A stretch of 64,000 bases of DNA from Oscillospiraceae bacterium (GCA_018053145.1 JAGPMA010000001.1:28482-92481), one strand, 5' to 3'; numbered from the stretch's first letter, positions 39,101 to 48,069 are shown. The notes: generated by a model from the letters alone, not told the origin. Made by a program: numbers and translations.

Positions 39101-39130
39101 ATTGTAGCAGAGCTTGTGATAAATAGTCAA
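39101..39130 (-). promoter_or_regulatory. Putative promoter of the carbonic anhydrase gene
   Basis: On the minus strand: TTGACT, 18 nt spacer, TACAAT. It directly abuts the upstream terminator. Confidence 0.55.
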
Positions 39131-39173
39131 CAAAAATGCGCTTTTCCAAATCAAAACTAAGGAAAAGCGCATT
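39131..39173 (-). terminator. Intrinsic terminator of the ABC importer operon
   Basis: On the minus strand: GGAAAAGCGCATT pairs with AATGCGCTTTTCC, followed by a T-run. Confidence 0.8.
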
Positions 39174-39185
39174 ATATTTTTAATA

Positions 39186-39983
39186 TTAGTTTCCGCATTC
39201 AACGGAAATCTCGGTGAATATTTTGAGCAGCTCCTCCACAGTGCAGGCATCCTTTTCGTGATAGGCAACATCCTTGACGGCAGTGCCCTTGTGCATCATA
39301 ACAAGCCTGTCGCCGTATTCAACGGCGTAGCGAAGGTTGTGCGTTACCATTACGGCGGTGAGCTTTTTTTCGCGTACAAATCTGTCCGTGAGCTCCATGA
39401 CATTTTCCGAGGATTTGGGGTCAAGCGCTGCTGTGTGCTCGTCCAAAATCAGAAGGTCTATGGGTGTTAAGGTCGAAATCAGCAGGGCAAGCGCCTGACG
39501 CTGTCCGCCAGATAGCAGACCAACGGGCATATTAAGCTTGTCTTCAAGACCAAGATGGAGCAGCTCAAGCTGCTGCTTGTAATAGTCGATGCGCTTTTTC
39601 GAAACACCCGGAGTGAGGCTATAGCTTTTCCCTTTGTTGTCGGCAAGCGCCATGTTCTCAAGAATGGTTAATCCCGGACAGGCACCCATTGAGGGGTCTT
39701 GAAAAACACGCCCGATATATGCCGAGCGTTTGTACTCGGGCATTTTGGTGATGTCGCGCCCGTCGAGCAGTATCGCACCGCCGTCCGGTATCAAGCTGCC
39801 GCAAATGAGGTTCAATAGCGTTGTTTTCCCGCTTCCGTTTGAGCCGACAATTGAGATGAACTGTCCGCGTTCAACGGAAAAATTGAAGTCGCTGAATAGC
39901 AGAGATTCGTTGACGGAGCCTGCATTAAAAATCTTTTTTATATTGTTAAATTCTACAAGCGGACGTTCTGTTTTCTCAGGCAT
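39186..39983 (-). CDS. ABC transporter ATP-binding protein (TrpZ-like, TC 3.A.1.34-type system)
   Basis: Walker A GSNGSGKTT, signature LSGGQRQ, Walker B LLILDEHTAALD. 8 nt overlap with the permease gene. Confidence 0.92.
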   Translation of the reverse strand: MPEKTERPLVEFNNIKKIFNAGSVNESLLFSDFNFSVERGQFISIVGSNGSGKTTLLNLICGSLIPDGGAILLDGRDITKMPEYKRSAYIGRVFQDPSMGACPGLTILENMALADNKGKSYSLTPGVSKKRIDYYKQQLELLHLGLEDKLNMPVGLLSGGQRQALALLISTLTPIDLLILDEHTAALDPKSSENVMELTDRFVREKKLTAVMVTHNLRYAVEYGDRLVMMHKGTAVKDVAYHEKDACTVEELLKIFTEISVECGN

Positions 39984-40866
39984 TCAAAGCACCGCCCTTC
40001 TTGCCAATTTTCTGTGAAACAATTGCGACGGTGAGTAAAACCGCCATGAGCAGTTTGAAGTATTCATTAGGCAGATGGAGTAGCAAAGCGATTTGAAGGC
40101 AGGCCTTATACATGATGGCACCGCAGACGGCCATTGTCGTAAGCTTCATAAAGCTTACGCGGCGGAAAACGCCCGTGCCGATAATGACGGCGGCGAGTGC
40201 CATTACGACCATGCCCTTACCTGCGTTCACATCTGCGTTTTCATAAACCTGAGCGTAGACACAGCCTGCAAGGGCCGTGCAGCCGTTGCCGATGGCAAGC
40301 CCCAAAATCTTAACATGGCCGGGATGGTGAGCAAGGCCTGTGACAAAGCGGCTGTTATCGCCTCCCGCGCGGAGCAGAAGTCCGGACTTGGTTTTGAGGA
40401 AGCTGTCAAGTGCAATTTTAACTATAACCGCCAGCAGAAAGACGACAATGACCTGCCTGTGAGCATAAATAGCTGCGGGCAGTAGCTTGGCGATGCCTGA
40501 ATTAAATATTGTGGGCAGATTAAAAAACTGGAAAATCGCCGTGCCGCCGGTGATGATAAGGTTAACCGACCACGAAGCGGTCATGACGAGAATTCCCGAA
40601 AGCAGGTCGGTTATACCAAGCTTGACATGGAGAATGCCGGTAATGCTTCCCATGCAGGCTCCGGCTAAAAACGCTGCGATGCAAACAAGCCAAGGATTCA
40701 TACCCAGCGTTATGAGCGCTGCCGCCACACAGGCACCGAGAGGGAAGGTACCGTCGACCGAAAGGTCGGGGAAGTCCAGTATCTTGTATGTAATAAGGAC
40801 GCCCATTGCCATTAGAGCGTAGATAAAGCCCTCGCGGAAAACGGTTTCGATTATACTCAGAGCCAT
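39976..40866 (-). CDS. ABC transporter permease (TrpY-like)
   Basis: 296 aa polytopic membrane protein between the binding-protein and ATPase genes. Confidence 0.88.
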   Translation of the reverse strand: MALSIIETVFREGFIYALMAMGVLITYKILDFPDLSVDGTFPLGACVAAALITLGMNPWLVCIAAFLAGACMGSITGILHVKLGITDLLSGILVMTASWSVNLIITGGTAIFQFFNLPTIFNSGIAKLLPAAIYAHRQVIVVFLLAVIVKIALDSFLKTKSGLLLRAGGDNSRFVTGLAHHPGHVKILGLAIGNGCTALAGCVYAQVYENADVNAGKGMVVMALAAVIIGTGVFRRVSFMKLTTMAVCGAIMYKACLQIALLLHLPNEYFKLLMAVLLTVAIVSQKIGKKGGALNA

Positions 40867-40960
40867 GGCATAAACACCTGCTTCGTTTCAATTGTTGTTC
40901 CCTGGACACGATGCAATTCTACCACACCATGTCCAGGGAAGCACTGTTTTAAAATAATAA

Positions 40961-41989
40961 TTATTGAGCGTCTACGTTGGTTGCGGAAGAATAGTCGGCG
41001 GGAAGCTCAAGCTTGAACTTTGCCATATTGACGAGAGAGTAGACAGGCTTTGAATCGGTTATGACGGATACGGGCAGGGTTTTGACATCAGCACCCTTGA
41101 GGATTTTCCCTGCCATTTCGCCGGTTGTAACGCCGAGAGCGACATAGTCGAGAGTTTCGGAGGCAACACAGCCATACTGCGCGACCTGCTGCTGCTCGGA
41201 ACCGAAAATCGGAATACCTGCGGCGTCGGCAGCGTTAGATACGACGGAGAGATTGTTAACGACGTTGTTGTCGGTGAGGTTGTTTATGCAGTCAACACCC
41301 TTAGCGATAAGAGCAGCCGCACCTGCGGCGACCTCGGAGGCGTCGGTCACGCCGACAGCTTCGATTTCAAAGCCGTAATCGGGAGCTAACTCGGTGAGCT
41401 TTGCAAGCTGAGAAACGGAGTTTGCTTCGCTCGTTGTATAAAGAACGCCGATTTTCTTGGCTTCAGGCAGGAAGGCGCGAATCATCTTGAGCTGGCCGTC
41501 GAAGTTAAGGCTGTCGCTTGTTCCGGTTGCACCGGTGTTGGGAGCTTCTAAGGATTCAACAAGTCCGGCACCCACAGGGTCGGAGCAGGCGGAGAAGACT
41601 ACGGGGATGCCTGCGTCCTTGGCAACGGCATAAGAGGCCATTGCGGAGGGAGTTGCGATTGCGATAATCATGTCATAGCCGCCGGATACAAAGTTCGATG
41701 CGGCAAGGTTGTTGGTTTCGGCTTCGCCTTGACCGTCGACATATTCAATGGTGCAGGTTTCGCCGTCAATATAGCCTTCGTTTTTAAGTCCTTCGAGGAT
41801 TCCGGTGTAGCAATCATAAAGACTGGCGTGAGTAGCATACTGAAGAATTCCGATTTTGACATCGGCAGCGGCGACAGAGGATTCGGGCGCGTTACTGTCT
41901 GTGGGAGCGGCGGTTTTTGTGCAGGCACCAAGGCAGACGGCCATTGACAGTGCAAGAACAGCGGATGCGATTTTCTTTGACTTTTTCAT
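40961..41989 (-). CDS. ABC transporter substrate-binding lipoprotein (ABC_sub_bind/TrpX-like)
   Basis: Lipoprotein signal MKKSKKIASAVLALSMAVCLGAC. A GGAGG RBS precedes ATG 41989. The family is annotated in KEGG as a putative tryptophan/tyrosine transport system. Confidence 0.88.
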   Translation of the reverse strand: MKKSKKIASAVLALSMAVCLGACTKTAAPTDSNAPESSVAAADVKIGILQYATHASLYDCYTGILEGLKNEGYIDGETCTIEYVDGQGEAETNNLAASNFVSGGYDMIIAIATPSAMASYAVAKDAGIPVVFSACSDPVGAGLVESLEAPNTGATGTSDSLNFDGQLKMIRAFLPEAKKIGVLYTTSEANSVSQLAKLTELAPDYGFEIEAVGVTDASEVAAGAAALIAKGVDCINNLTDNNVVNNLSVVSNAADAAGIPIFGSEQQQVAQYGCVASETLDYVALGVTTGEMAGKILKGADVKTLPVSVITDSKPVYSLVNMAKFKLELPADYSSATNVDAQ

Positions 41990-42078
41990 GAATATTTCCT
42001 CCAATAAAGTGTTTTAGGGTGTGATGGAAGGCCATGCCAGCGACCAATTTGAAGTCCGTTTGTCCTGAGAGGGCAAAC

Positions 42079-42356
42079 AAAAAGACCCCTGCCCCACACA
42101 TGGGACAAGAGCCGAACTCCTGCGATACCACCCAAATTGACGCAAAATATGCGCCCACTCGCTTCACGCACCACCATGCGTGTCCCCGACTGATAACGGG
42201 AGGGATACCCGTCGAAGCCTACTTGAGCTTGCGCCCTTTCGGTTCGCCCTCGGAAGTCCATTCGCCGAACCGCCATCCGCCCCTTTCACACCGCCGGGGG
42301 CTCTCTTTGGAATGACTATTGCCGGTTACTACTCTTCGTCGTTGGTTTTGGATTAT
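42079..42356 (-). promoter_or_regulatory. T-box riboswitch leader, apparent tryptophan (UGG) specifier
   Basis: On the minus strand: AGAGTAGTA GA-motif region, AGAGAG bulge, and GGTGTGAAAGG distal-loop-like element. GAA-TGG-A specifier context at 42258-42260. T-box sequence AATTTGGGTGGTATCGCAGGAG at 42117-42138. Terminator hairpin at 42084-42113 followed by a T5 run. Confidence 0.85.
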
Positions 42357-42362
42357 GGGATG

Positions 42363-42392
42363 ATTATAGGCGCGAATTGTTGCTGTTGTCAA
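42363..42392 (-). promoter_or_regulatory. Promoter of the T-box-controlled importer operon
   Basis: On the minus strand: TTGACA, 18 nt spacer, TATAAT (consensus hexamers). Confidence 0.7.
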
Positions 42393-42471
42393 GATTAATT
42401 TTGAATTTTTGGAAATAGCGACAATATAAGCGCATTTGACACTTCAAATCGTTAATATATGTCTAAAAAAG

Positions 42472-42512
42472 TTTAGAAAAGCAGAAGCGGTCGAGGAGCT
42501 TCGCCGCTTCTG
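42472..42512 (-). terminator. Intrinsic terminator of asnB
   Basis: On the minus strand: CAGAAGCGG / CCGCTTCTG stem followed by CTTTTCT. Confidence 0.75.
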
Positions 42513-42532
42513 TATAAAACAATGATACTGCT

Positions 42533-44377
42533 TCATGCCAATTTGTATTTTTGCAGCCAGTAGTTTACCTGAATCATATATGCCATCAACTGTGGGCCTG
42601 CCATCAGCTGACCGAACCACGGCTTCCCGTGTTCCGAGGGGGATTTCGTAAATGAAAGCACTTTCTTTCTGTCAATAAGCGCCGTTATGGGGGAATTGGA
42701 GTCCGAGATTATTTCCATAAGTTTATTAGCAAGCAGGCGTTCGTAGTTCGGGTTGTAGGTTTTCGGATACGGACTTTTCTTCCTGTATAAAATTTCATCC
42801 GGAAGAAGATCCTTGCATGCCTCGCGCAAGAGCGACTTTTCTTTTCCGTTTCTGTATTTCATGCTCCAGGGGACATTAAAAAGATATTCGACAATGCGAT
42901 GGTCAGCAAAGGGAACACGTGCCTCAAGCCCGGAATACATACTTGTTCTGTCCATGCGGTCAAGGAGCGTGGACATGAACCATTTGATGTTGAGATAGGC
43001 GATTTCACGGCGCCTGCGCTCGGTTGCGTTTTCCCCGTCAAGGACAGGAACGGCCTTTAGGGAATCGTTATATCGCGCTTCGACATATTCAGGCAGCTCA
43101 AGTTCATGTATGAAGCCGTCGTTTAAAAGCATGGTTCTTGTCTCGAAATCGTGCGACCACGGAAAGCCTTTTGTCATATAGAGCTCTTTTTTATAGAACC
43201 ACGGATATCCGCCGAAAACTTCATCGGCACATTCACCGGTCAGCACGACCTTGTTTTGCTGCTTTACCAGCTTGCAGAAGTATAGGAGGGAAGCGTCAAC
43301 ATCAGCCATTCCGGGGAGGTCTTTAGCATCAACGGCGGGGTAAAGCAAATCGACGAGCTCGGCTTCGTCGCACTCAAGATAAGTGTGATTGGTATGAAAA
43401 TTTTTCAGCATTTCTTCAACATAGGGCTTATCGCGTTCAGGCTGAAAAGAATTCGCCTTGAAAAACACATCGTTTTCTCTGAAATCAAATGAGAAGGTGT
43501 TAAGTGTTGAACCGTTATCGTTAAGAATTTTTGAAGCGACGGCGGTCACTATGCTTGAATCCAAGCCACCGGAGAGGAAGCTGCACACAGGAACATCAGA
43601 AACCATTTGTCTTGTGATTGAATCTCGCACAAGGAAGGATACCTTTTCAACCGTTTCCGCATAGTTGTCAGTGTGTTTAGTGCTTCTAAGCTCCCAATAC
43701 CGCGTTTCGGAAAAACCGTCTTTGTCAAAAACCGCGTAGTGCCCTGGTTTAACTTCAAATACTTTCTTAAACACTCCACTTCCCGCCGTTCGTGCAGGTC
43801 CTATCCCGAAGACTTCACGCAGGCTGTCCGAATCGAGGGCGGGGACTATATACGGATGGCAAAACAGCGCCTTGATTTCCGAACCAAAAACAAGCATTTC
43901 GTTACGAATTGCATAGAAAAGGGGCTTGATGCCAAATCTGTCGCGATATAAAATCAGCCGCTCGCGCGCTTCGTCCCAGATAGCGAAGGCATATATGCCG
44001 TTGAGCATATTTACAAAGTCGATGCCCCAGCGCATATATGAAAAAAGGATGACCTCGGTGTCAGTGGTGGTTTCGAAAGCATAACCGGCTTCAATAAGAT
44101 CTCGCTTTAGTTCTTCTGTATTATAAAGCTCACCATTATATATAATTACGTATTTTTTTCCGTTTTGTTCTCTGGTGATAGGCTGAGCGCCGTTTGACAG
44201 GTCTCTTATAGACAAACGTGTATGGCTCATTCCAATGTGAGAAGCCAAAAATTCGCCCGTGTTGTCACTTCCGCGATGCGCTATCGATTTTCTCATATCG
44301 ACAAGGGTTTTTGCCCAAAATGCATAGTTTTCGGTGTAATTCTGGCCGAAACCGCAAAAGCCTGCTATTCCGCACAT
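42533..44377 (-). CDS. asnB: Asparagine synthase (glutamine-hydrolysing)
   Basis: N-terminal MCGIAGF Ntn-glutaminase domain and PP-loop SGGLDSS. 614 aa. Confidence 0.93.
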   Translation of the reverse strand: MCGIAGFCGFGQNYTENYAFWAKTLVDMRKSIAHRGSDNTGEFLASHIGMSHTRLSIRDLSNGAQPITREQNGKKYVIIYNGELYNTEELKRDLIEAGYAFETTTDTEVILFSYMRWGIDFVNMLNGIYAFAIWDEARERLILYRDRFGIKPLFYAIRNEMLVFGSEIKALFCHPYIVPALDSDSLREVFGIGPARTAGSGVFKKVFEVKPGHYAVFDKDGFSETRYWELRSTKHTDNYAETVEKVSFLVRDSITRQMVSDVPVCSFLSGGLDSSIVTAVASKILNDNGSTLNTFSFDFRENDVFFKANSFQPERDKPYVEEMLKNFHTNHTYLECDEAELVDLLYPAVDAKDLPGMADVDASLLYFCKLVKQQNKVVLTGECADEVFGGYPWFYKKELYMTKGFPWSHDFETRTMLLNDGFIHELELPEYVEARYNDSLKAVPVLDGENATERRRREIAYLNIKWFMSTLLDRMDRTSMYSGLEARVPFADHRIVEYLFNVPWSMKYRNGKEKSLLREACKDLLPDEILYRKKSPYPKTYNPNYERLLANKLMEIISDSNSPITALIDRKKVLSFTKSPSEHGKPWFGQLMAGPQLMAYMIQVNYWLQKYKLA

Positions 44378-44486
44378 ATGTTTTCCTCCGTTTTCGGTGA
44401 TGTTTCATTGTTTATATTATGCGCAAGCACTTTTTTAGATTCCCGTTATGCGGAACAGAAGGGAATAAATATTTTTTAAGAAACTA

Positions 44487-44515
44487 TTGACAAATTGAAA
44501 CTAGTATATTATAAC
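44487..44515 (+). promoter_or_regulatory. Putative promoter of the padR operon
   Basis: TTGACA, 17 nt spacer, TATAAC. Confidence 0.6.
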
Positions 44516-44516
44516 T

Positions 44517-44539
44517 AATAGTAGATATACGATACTATT
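44517..44539. promoter_or_regulatory. Inverted repeat, candidate PadR operator
   Basis: AATAGTA-N9-TACTATT immediately downstream of the -10 box. Confidence 0.4.
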
Positions 44540-44566
44540 GCGAGATGCGATAGGAGGAGGACTGCT

Positions 44567-44893
44567 GTGAACACACAATACAAAAAAGGCGTGCTGGAGC
44601 TTTGCGTGCTTTCCATGCTGAGAGGTCAGGACCGTTACGGATACGAGATTTCGGAATACCTGTCAAAGCGTATCGATATTGCGGACGGCACGGTATATCC
44701 GATATTACGAAAGCTCAAAAGCGACGGACTTGTAACAACCTTTCTTTCTGAAGAAAGCGGTGGACCACCCAGAAAGTACTATTCGCTTACGGAACTCGGA
44801 CAAAGCACATATGACGCGGACAGAGCGGAATATCTGGAGTTTGCAAAAACCGTTGAATTAATGTTAAAGGAGAAAAAAGATGAAAAAGAATGA
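44567..44893 (+). CDS. PadR family transcriptional regulator
   Basis: Winged-helix pattern YGYEISEYL...GTVYPILRKLKSDGLV. GTG start with a GGAGGAGG RBS. Confidence 0.9.
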   Translation: MNTQYKKGVLELCVLSMLRGQDRYGYEISEYLSKRIDIADGTVYPILRKLKSDGLVTTFLSEESGGPPRKYYSLTELGQSTYDADRAEYLEFAKTVELMLKEKKDEKE

Positions 44894-45584
44894 GTTTTTA
44901 GCACAGCTTAAAACGGAGCTAAAAAAGAATAACGAAGCAGATATGGATGATATTGTTTTGGAATACGAGCAGCATTTTGCCTTTAAAATGGCGGACGGAT
45001 ACTCGGAAGAAGAAATCTCTGCGAAGCTCGGCTCGCCTACTGCTCTTGCCGTGCAATTCGACAGCACTAGCGATGCCGAAAAAAGCGGCTCAGCAGGCTT
45101 CTTCATAAGGCTCGGGTTAGCCTTCGCAGCGCTCTTTGAAGCCATGTTTTATATTTTATTTTTGGCATGGGATGTCGTCTTGGCTGTCTCGGCAGTTGCC
45201 TTTGCAAGTTTAGGCGCTTGCCTGATAGGGAACTTCAATATTGCTGGACTGATACCCTATATGCCATATTTTGGTTCACTAATATTCGGCGCATCCATTA
45301 TGGGGCTTGCTGTTATTTTCGCCGTTGCAGCAATCTACTGCTTCGCATTTTTCAAACAGTCGATAAAAGCGAGCGTTAGGTGGCATAAAAACATGACGAG
45401 CGCAAGCACGCTTCCGCCGCTGCCGTGGAACCCGCAGTTTGCGCAGAAAACGAGACGGAAGCTCAGAACTGTTTTACTCTTAGCACTAGCCATATTCGGA
45501 GCCTGCTTCGTGCTGGGATTCGTTGTACTGGCTATCCAAGCTGGGACACCGGGTTTCTGGCATCATTGGAACTGGTTTGTGTGA
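44880..45584 (+). CDS. DUF1700 domain-containing membrane protein
   Basis: N-terminal FLAQLKTELKK...DIVLEYEQHF pattern and four C-terminal TM helices. 14 nt overlap with padR. Confidence 0.8.
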   Translation: MKKNEFLAQLKTELKKNNEADMDDIVLEYEQHFAFKMADGYSEEEISAKLGSPTALAVQFDSTSDAEKSGSAGFFIRLGLAFAALFEAMFYILFLAWDVVLAVSAVAFASLGACLIGNFNIAGLIPYMPYFGSLIFGASIMGLAVIFAVAAIYCFAFFKQSIKASVRWHKNMTSASTLPPLPWNPQFAQKTRRKLRTVLLLALAIFGACFVLGFVVLAIQAGTPGFWHHWNWFV

Positions 45585-45602
45585 TTTTATAGAGGAGTAA
45601 AA

Positions 45603-46466
45603 ATGAAAACTGTAGTTATTACCGGCGCCACATCCGGCATCGGTTTGGAAACTGCGCGCAAATTGGTCGAAAAAGGCTTCTTTGTAATCGGTGTCGGACA
45701 CAGCAGGGCAAATTGCGATAAGGCGCAAGAGCTGATTATGGCAGACAAGCCAAGCGGCAAAATGGTTTATTTCGTTGCAGACCTCATGCAATTAGGCGAG
45801 GTCATGCGAGTTGCCGACGAGGTGAGAAAATACGTTGTTAGCAGCTGCAACGGAGAAATATACGCGCTTATAAACAATGTCGGAGGCGTTAGAAGTTGGT
45901 ATCAGACAACGCAGGAGGGGTATGAGCAGCAATTCGCGCTCAACCATCTCGCCGGTTTCTTGCTTACCTACAGGCTTTTTCCCTACATAGAAAAAGCCCT
46001 GGGACGGGTCATTATGACAAGCAGCAACTCACATAAGGGTTTAAAAATGCATTGGGACGACCTTATGCTCAAAGAGGGTTATAATCCACTAACAGCCTAC
46101 AAGCAATCAAAGCTTTGCAACGTCCTGTTCGCGCAGGCACTCAACGACCGTTATTCAAGAAACGGCATACACGCCTACGCGGTTGACCCAGGGCTTGTGA
46201 ATACGAACATTGGGAACAAGCAGACGGGGGGGCTAGTAAATTTAATTTGGTCGGTTCGCAAAAAACACGGTGTAAAGCCCGAGATTCCGGCGGAAACTTA
46301 TGTTTATCTTTGCGAGCAGGCTTCCGCGCCTAAAGGGCTTTATTATTATCTGTGCTGTGAACGCAAGTTCAGCAAGGAAGTCACGCGGGAAAACGCAAAC
46401 AGGCTTTTTGAGCTAAGTGAAAGACTTTGCGGAATTAAATACAGTGATTTGGTGGTGGAGCTGTGA
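45603..46466 (+). CDS. SDR family oxidoreductase (retinol-dehydrogenase-like)
   Basis: TGATSGIG cofactor motif and catalytic YKQSK. Confidence 0.88.
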   Translation: MKTVVITGATSGIGLETARKLVEKGFFVIGVGHSRANCDKAQELIMADKPSGKMVYFVADLMQLGEVMRVADEVRKYVVSSCNGEIYALINNVGGVRSWYQTTQEGYEQQFALNHLAGFLLTYRLFPYIEKALGRVIMTSSNSHKGLKMHWDDLMLKEGYNPLTAYKQSKLCNVLFAQALNDRYSRNGIHAYAVDPGLVNTNIGNKQTGGLVNLIWSVRKKHGVKPEIPAETYVYLCEQASAPKGLYYYLCCERKFSKEVTRENANRLFELSERLCGIKYSDLVVEL

Positions 46467-47266
46467 ATGTGTTGATTACCGGAGCAAGCGGCGGTCTTGG
46501 CCGTGCGCTTGCCACCGAATGTGCCAGCCGCGGATATAATCTTTTCCTGACCGATATTAACGAGGAGGGACTGAAACTTCTGCGAATCGGTCTTGAACGC
46601 CAATACGGAGTATGTGTAACGGTAAAGGCCTGCGACCTTACTGATGACAAGAGCGTTGATGAGATGCTTTCTCTGTTGGACAAGAACGGGCTTCGCTTTG
46701 ATATGCTTTTAAACATTGCGGGAATCGATTACGAGGGTGGTTTTCTTGAAAGGGAACGAGAAAGCGTTGTCAAAATTGTATCACTGAATGTTGAAGCGAC
46801 GCTTAGAATCACTCACGCGATTCTCTCGCGCCGCAGGGAAGGAAGATCCTTTTCACTTGTGTTCGTTTCAAGCCTCGCTTCGCTGTATCCAATGCCTCTT
46901 AAAGCAACCTATGCCGCCTCAAAGCGCTTCCTTACAGATTTTGCAATGGCTTTGGGGCAAGAACTGAAAAACAAGAATGTAAAGGTGCTTACTCTTTGCC
47001 CGGGCGGACTTCCAACCACAGAGGAAGCAATTCAAGGTATAAACGCGCAGGGCTTTTGGGGTGGAGTAACTACAAACAAGCTTGAGGCGGTTGCTTACCA
47101 CACAATTGAAAAAGTTCTGAAAGGTCAAGAGCTTTATATTCCGGGGACTGTGAACAAGGTGCTGTCGCTTTGTGGAAAGCTTGTACCGCGCAAGGTCGTC
47201 GCCACAATTATTTATGGCAGATGGATGCGGGCTCAAAAAAAGTGGCTCTGTCTTGAAGGAAAATAG
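46463..47266 (+). CDS. SDR family oxidoreductase
   Basis: TGASGGLG cofactor motif and catalytic YAASK. The GTG start overlaps the previous stop (GTGA). Confidence 0.88.
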   Translation: MNVLITGASGGLGRALATECASRGYNLFLTDINEEGLKLLRIGLERQYGVCVTVKACDLTDDKSVDEMLSLLDKNGLRFDMLLNIAGIDYEGGFLERERESVVKIVSLNVEATLRITHAILSRRREGRSFSLVFVSSLASLYPMPLKATYAASKRFLTDFAMALGQELKNKNVKVLTLCPGGLPTTEEAIQGINAQGFWGGVTTNKLEAVAYHTIEKVLKGQELYIPGTVNKVLSLCGKLVPRKVVATIIYGRWMRAQKKWLCLEGK

Positions 47267-47270
47267 AGAA

Positions 47271-47310
47271 AAATGAATCCCGCATAGTTTTTCTATGCGG
47301 GATTCATTTT
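47271..47310. terminator. Bidirectional intrinsic terminator
   Basis: 16 bp perfect hairpin (AAATGAATCCCGCATA / TATGCGGGATTCATTT) followed by a T-run. Confidence 0.88.
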
Positions 47311-47527
47311 ATAACGTGCTGTCATTTCCACTTGAAAAATCTTGGATTTCGGAGGGATACATCGTAAAACCACCCTCAAGCTCCACAAAATCGACCTCAG
47401 GCTTCGCTCGGTCTTGGAGCGCGTCTAGCGAAGGACGTTTGGTGTTCGTCTCTGAAATCGAGCGTTTTTTCTGAACATATCTCTTATTAATACCCGGATT
47501 TTCGGGCAGATTTCCTCTTATCTCCAT
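47309..47527 (-). CDS. Hypothetical 72 aa hydrophilic protein
   Basis: An AAGGAG lies about 11 nt upstream of the ATG. A possible TTGCTA-18-TATTAT promoter is present, and the ORF ends inside the terminator hairpin. No recognisable motif. Confidence 0.4.
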   Translation of the reverse strand: MEIRGNLPENPGINKRYVQKKRSISETNTKRPSLDALQDRAKPEVDFVELEGGFTMYPSEIQDFSSGNDSTL

Positions 47528-47635
47528 GCAAAAACAAGCTCCTTAATTATGATAATAGGTATATTATTTGTCGCATAGCAAAAGATATTCATCGCGGAGA
47601 TGCTATAACAGATGCAATGAAATTTGATAAGAGTA

Positions 47636-47664
47636 TTGACAAACACTTTTTGGAGAGATATGAT
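47636..47664 (+). promoter_or_regulatory. Promoter of the arsR operon
   Basis: TTGACA, 17 nt spacer, TATGAT. Confidence 0.65.
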
Positions 47665-47668
47665 GAAC

Positions 47669-47688
47669 ATATCAAAATAAATTGATAT
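47669..47688. promoter_or_regulatory. Palindrome, candidate ArsR operator 1
   Basis: ATATCAA-N6-TTGATAT, 5 nt downstream of the -10 box. Confidence 0.55.
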
Positions 47689-47698
47689 GAGGTAGCCC

Positions 47699-48013
47699 AT
47701 GGAAACAACACATCAGAAAAATGCCAGAGTGTTCAAAGCGCTTTGTGATGAAAAACGGCTGGAGATAGTGGAAAAGCTCCGCAGCGGCGAAAAATGCGCC
47801 TGCGTTCTTCTGGAGCAGATGGACATTGGACAGTCGGGACTGAGCTATCATATGAAAATTCTTTGCGACTCGGGAATCGTCAGCAGCCGTCAGGAGGGGA
47901 AATGGACGCACTACAAGCTGTCCGAAAGCGGCAGGAACTATGCCGCCGAGCTTCTAAAAGAGCTGACAACACCGAACACAGATTCGGAAACGAACAAATG
48001 CTGTAACCGATAA
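47699..48013 (+). CDS. arsR: ArsR/SmtB family metalloregulator
   Basis: A metal-site cysteine pair (CAC) in GEKCACVLLE precedes the HTH SGLSYHMKILCDSGIV. 104 aa. Confidence 0.9.
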   Translation: METTHQKNARVFKALCDEKRLEIVEKLRSGEKCACVLLEQMDIGQSGLSYHMKILCDSGIVSSRQEGKWTHYKLSESGRNYAAELLKELTTPNTDSETNKCCNR

Positions 48014-48053
48014 TAGGTCATCCGTGACGGGATGGCTTTTATCGGCAGAACAC

Positions 48054-48069
48054 ATCAAAAATATTTGAT
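48054..48069. promoter_or_regulatory. Palindrome, candidate ArsR operator 2
   Basis: ATCAAA-N4-TTTGAT between arsR and the permease gene. It shares the ATCAA/TTGAT core with operator 1. Confidence 0.4.

Noticed and set aside
41892-42398. Four 72-96 aa ORFs on both strands upstream of the ABC binding-protein gene
   Set aside because: The T-box leader RNA explains this region. The ORFs have Pro/Arg/Gly-rich composition and no RBS.
42533-44377. AsnB homologue considered as a lasso-peptide cyclase or RiPP enzyme
   Set aside because: It has a canonical MCGIAGF glutaminase domain and SGGLDSS loop. There is no adjacent precursor peptide, transglutaminase-like protease or exporter, so it is a housekeeping asnB.
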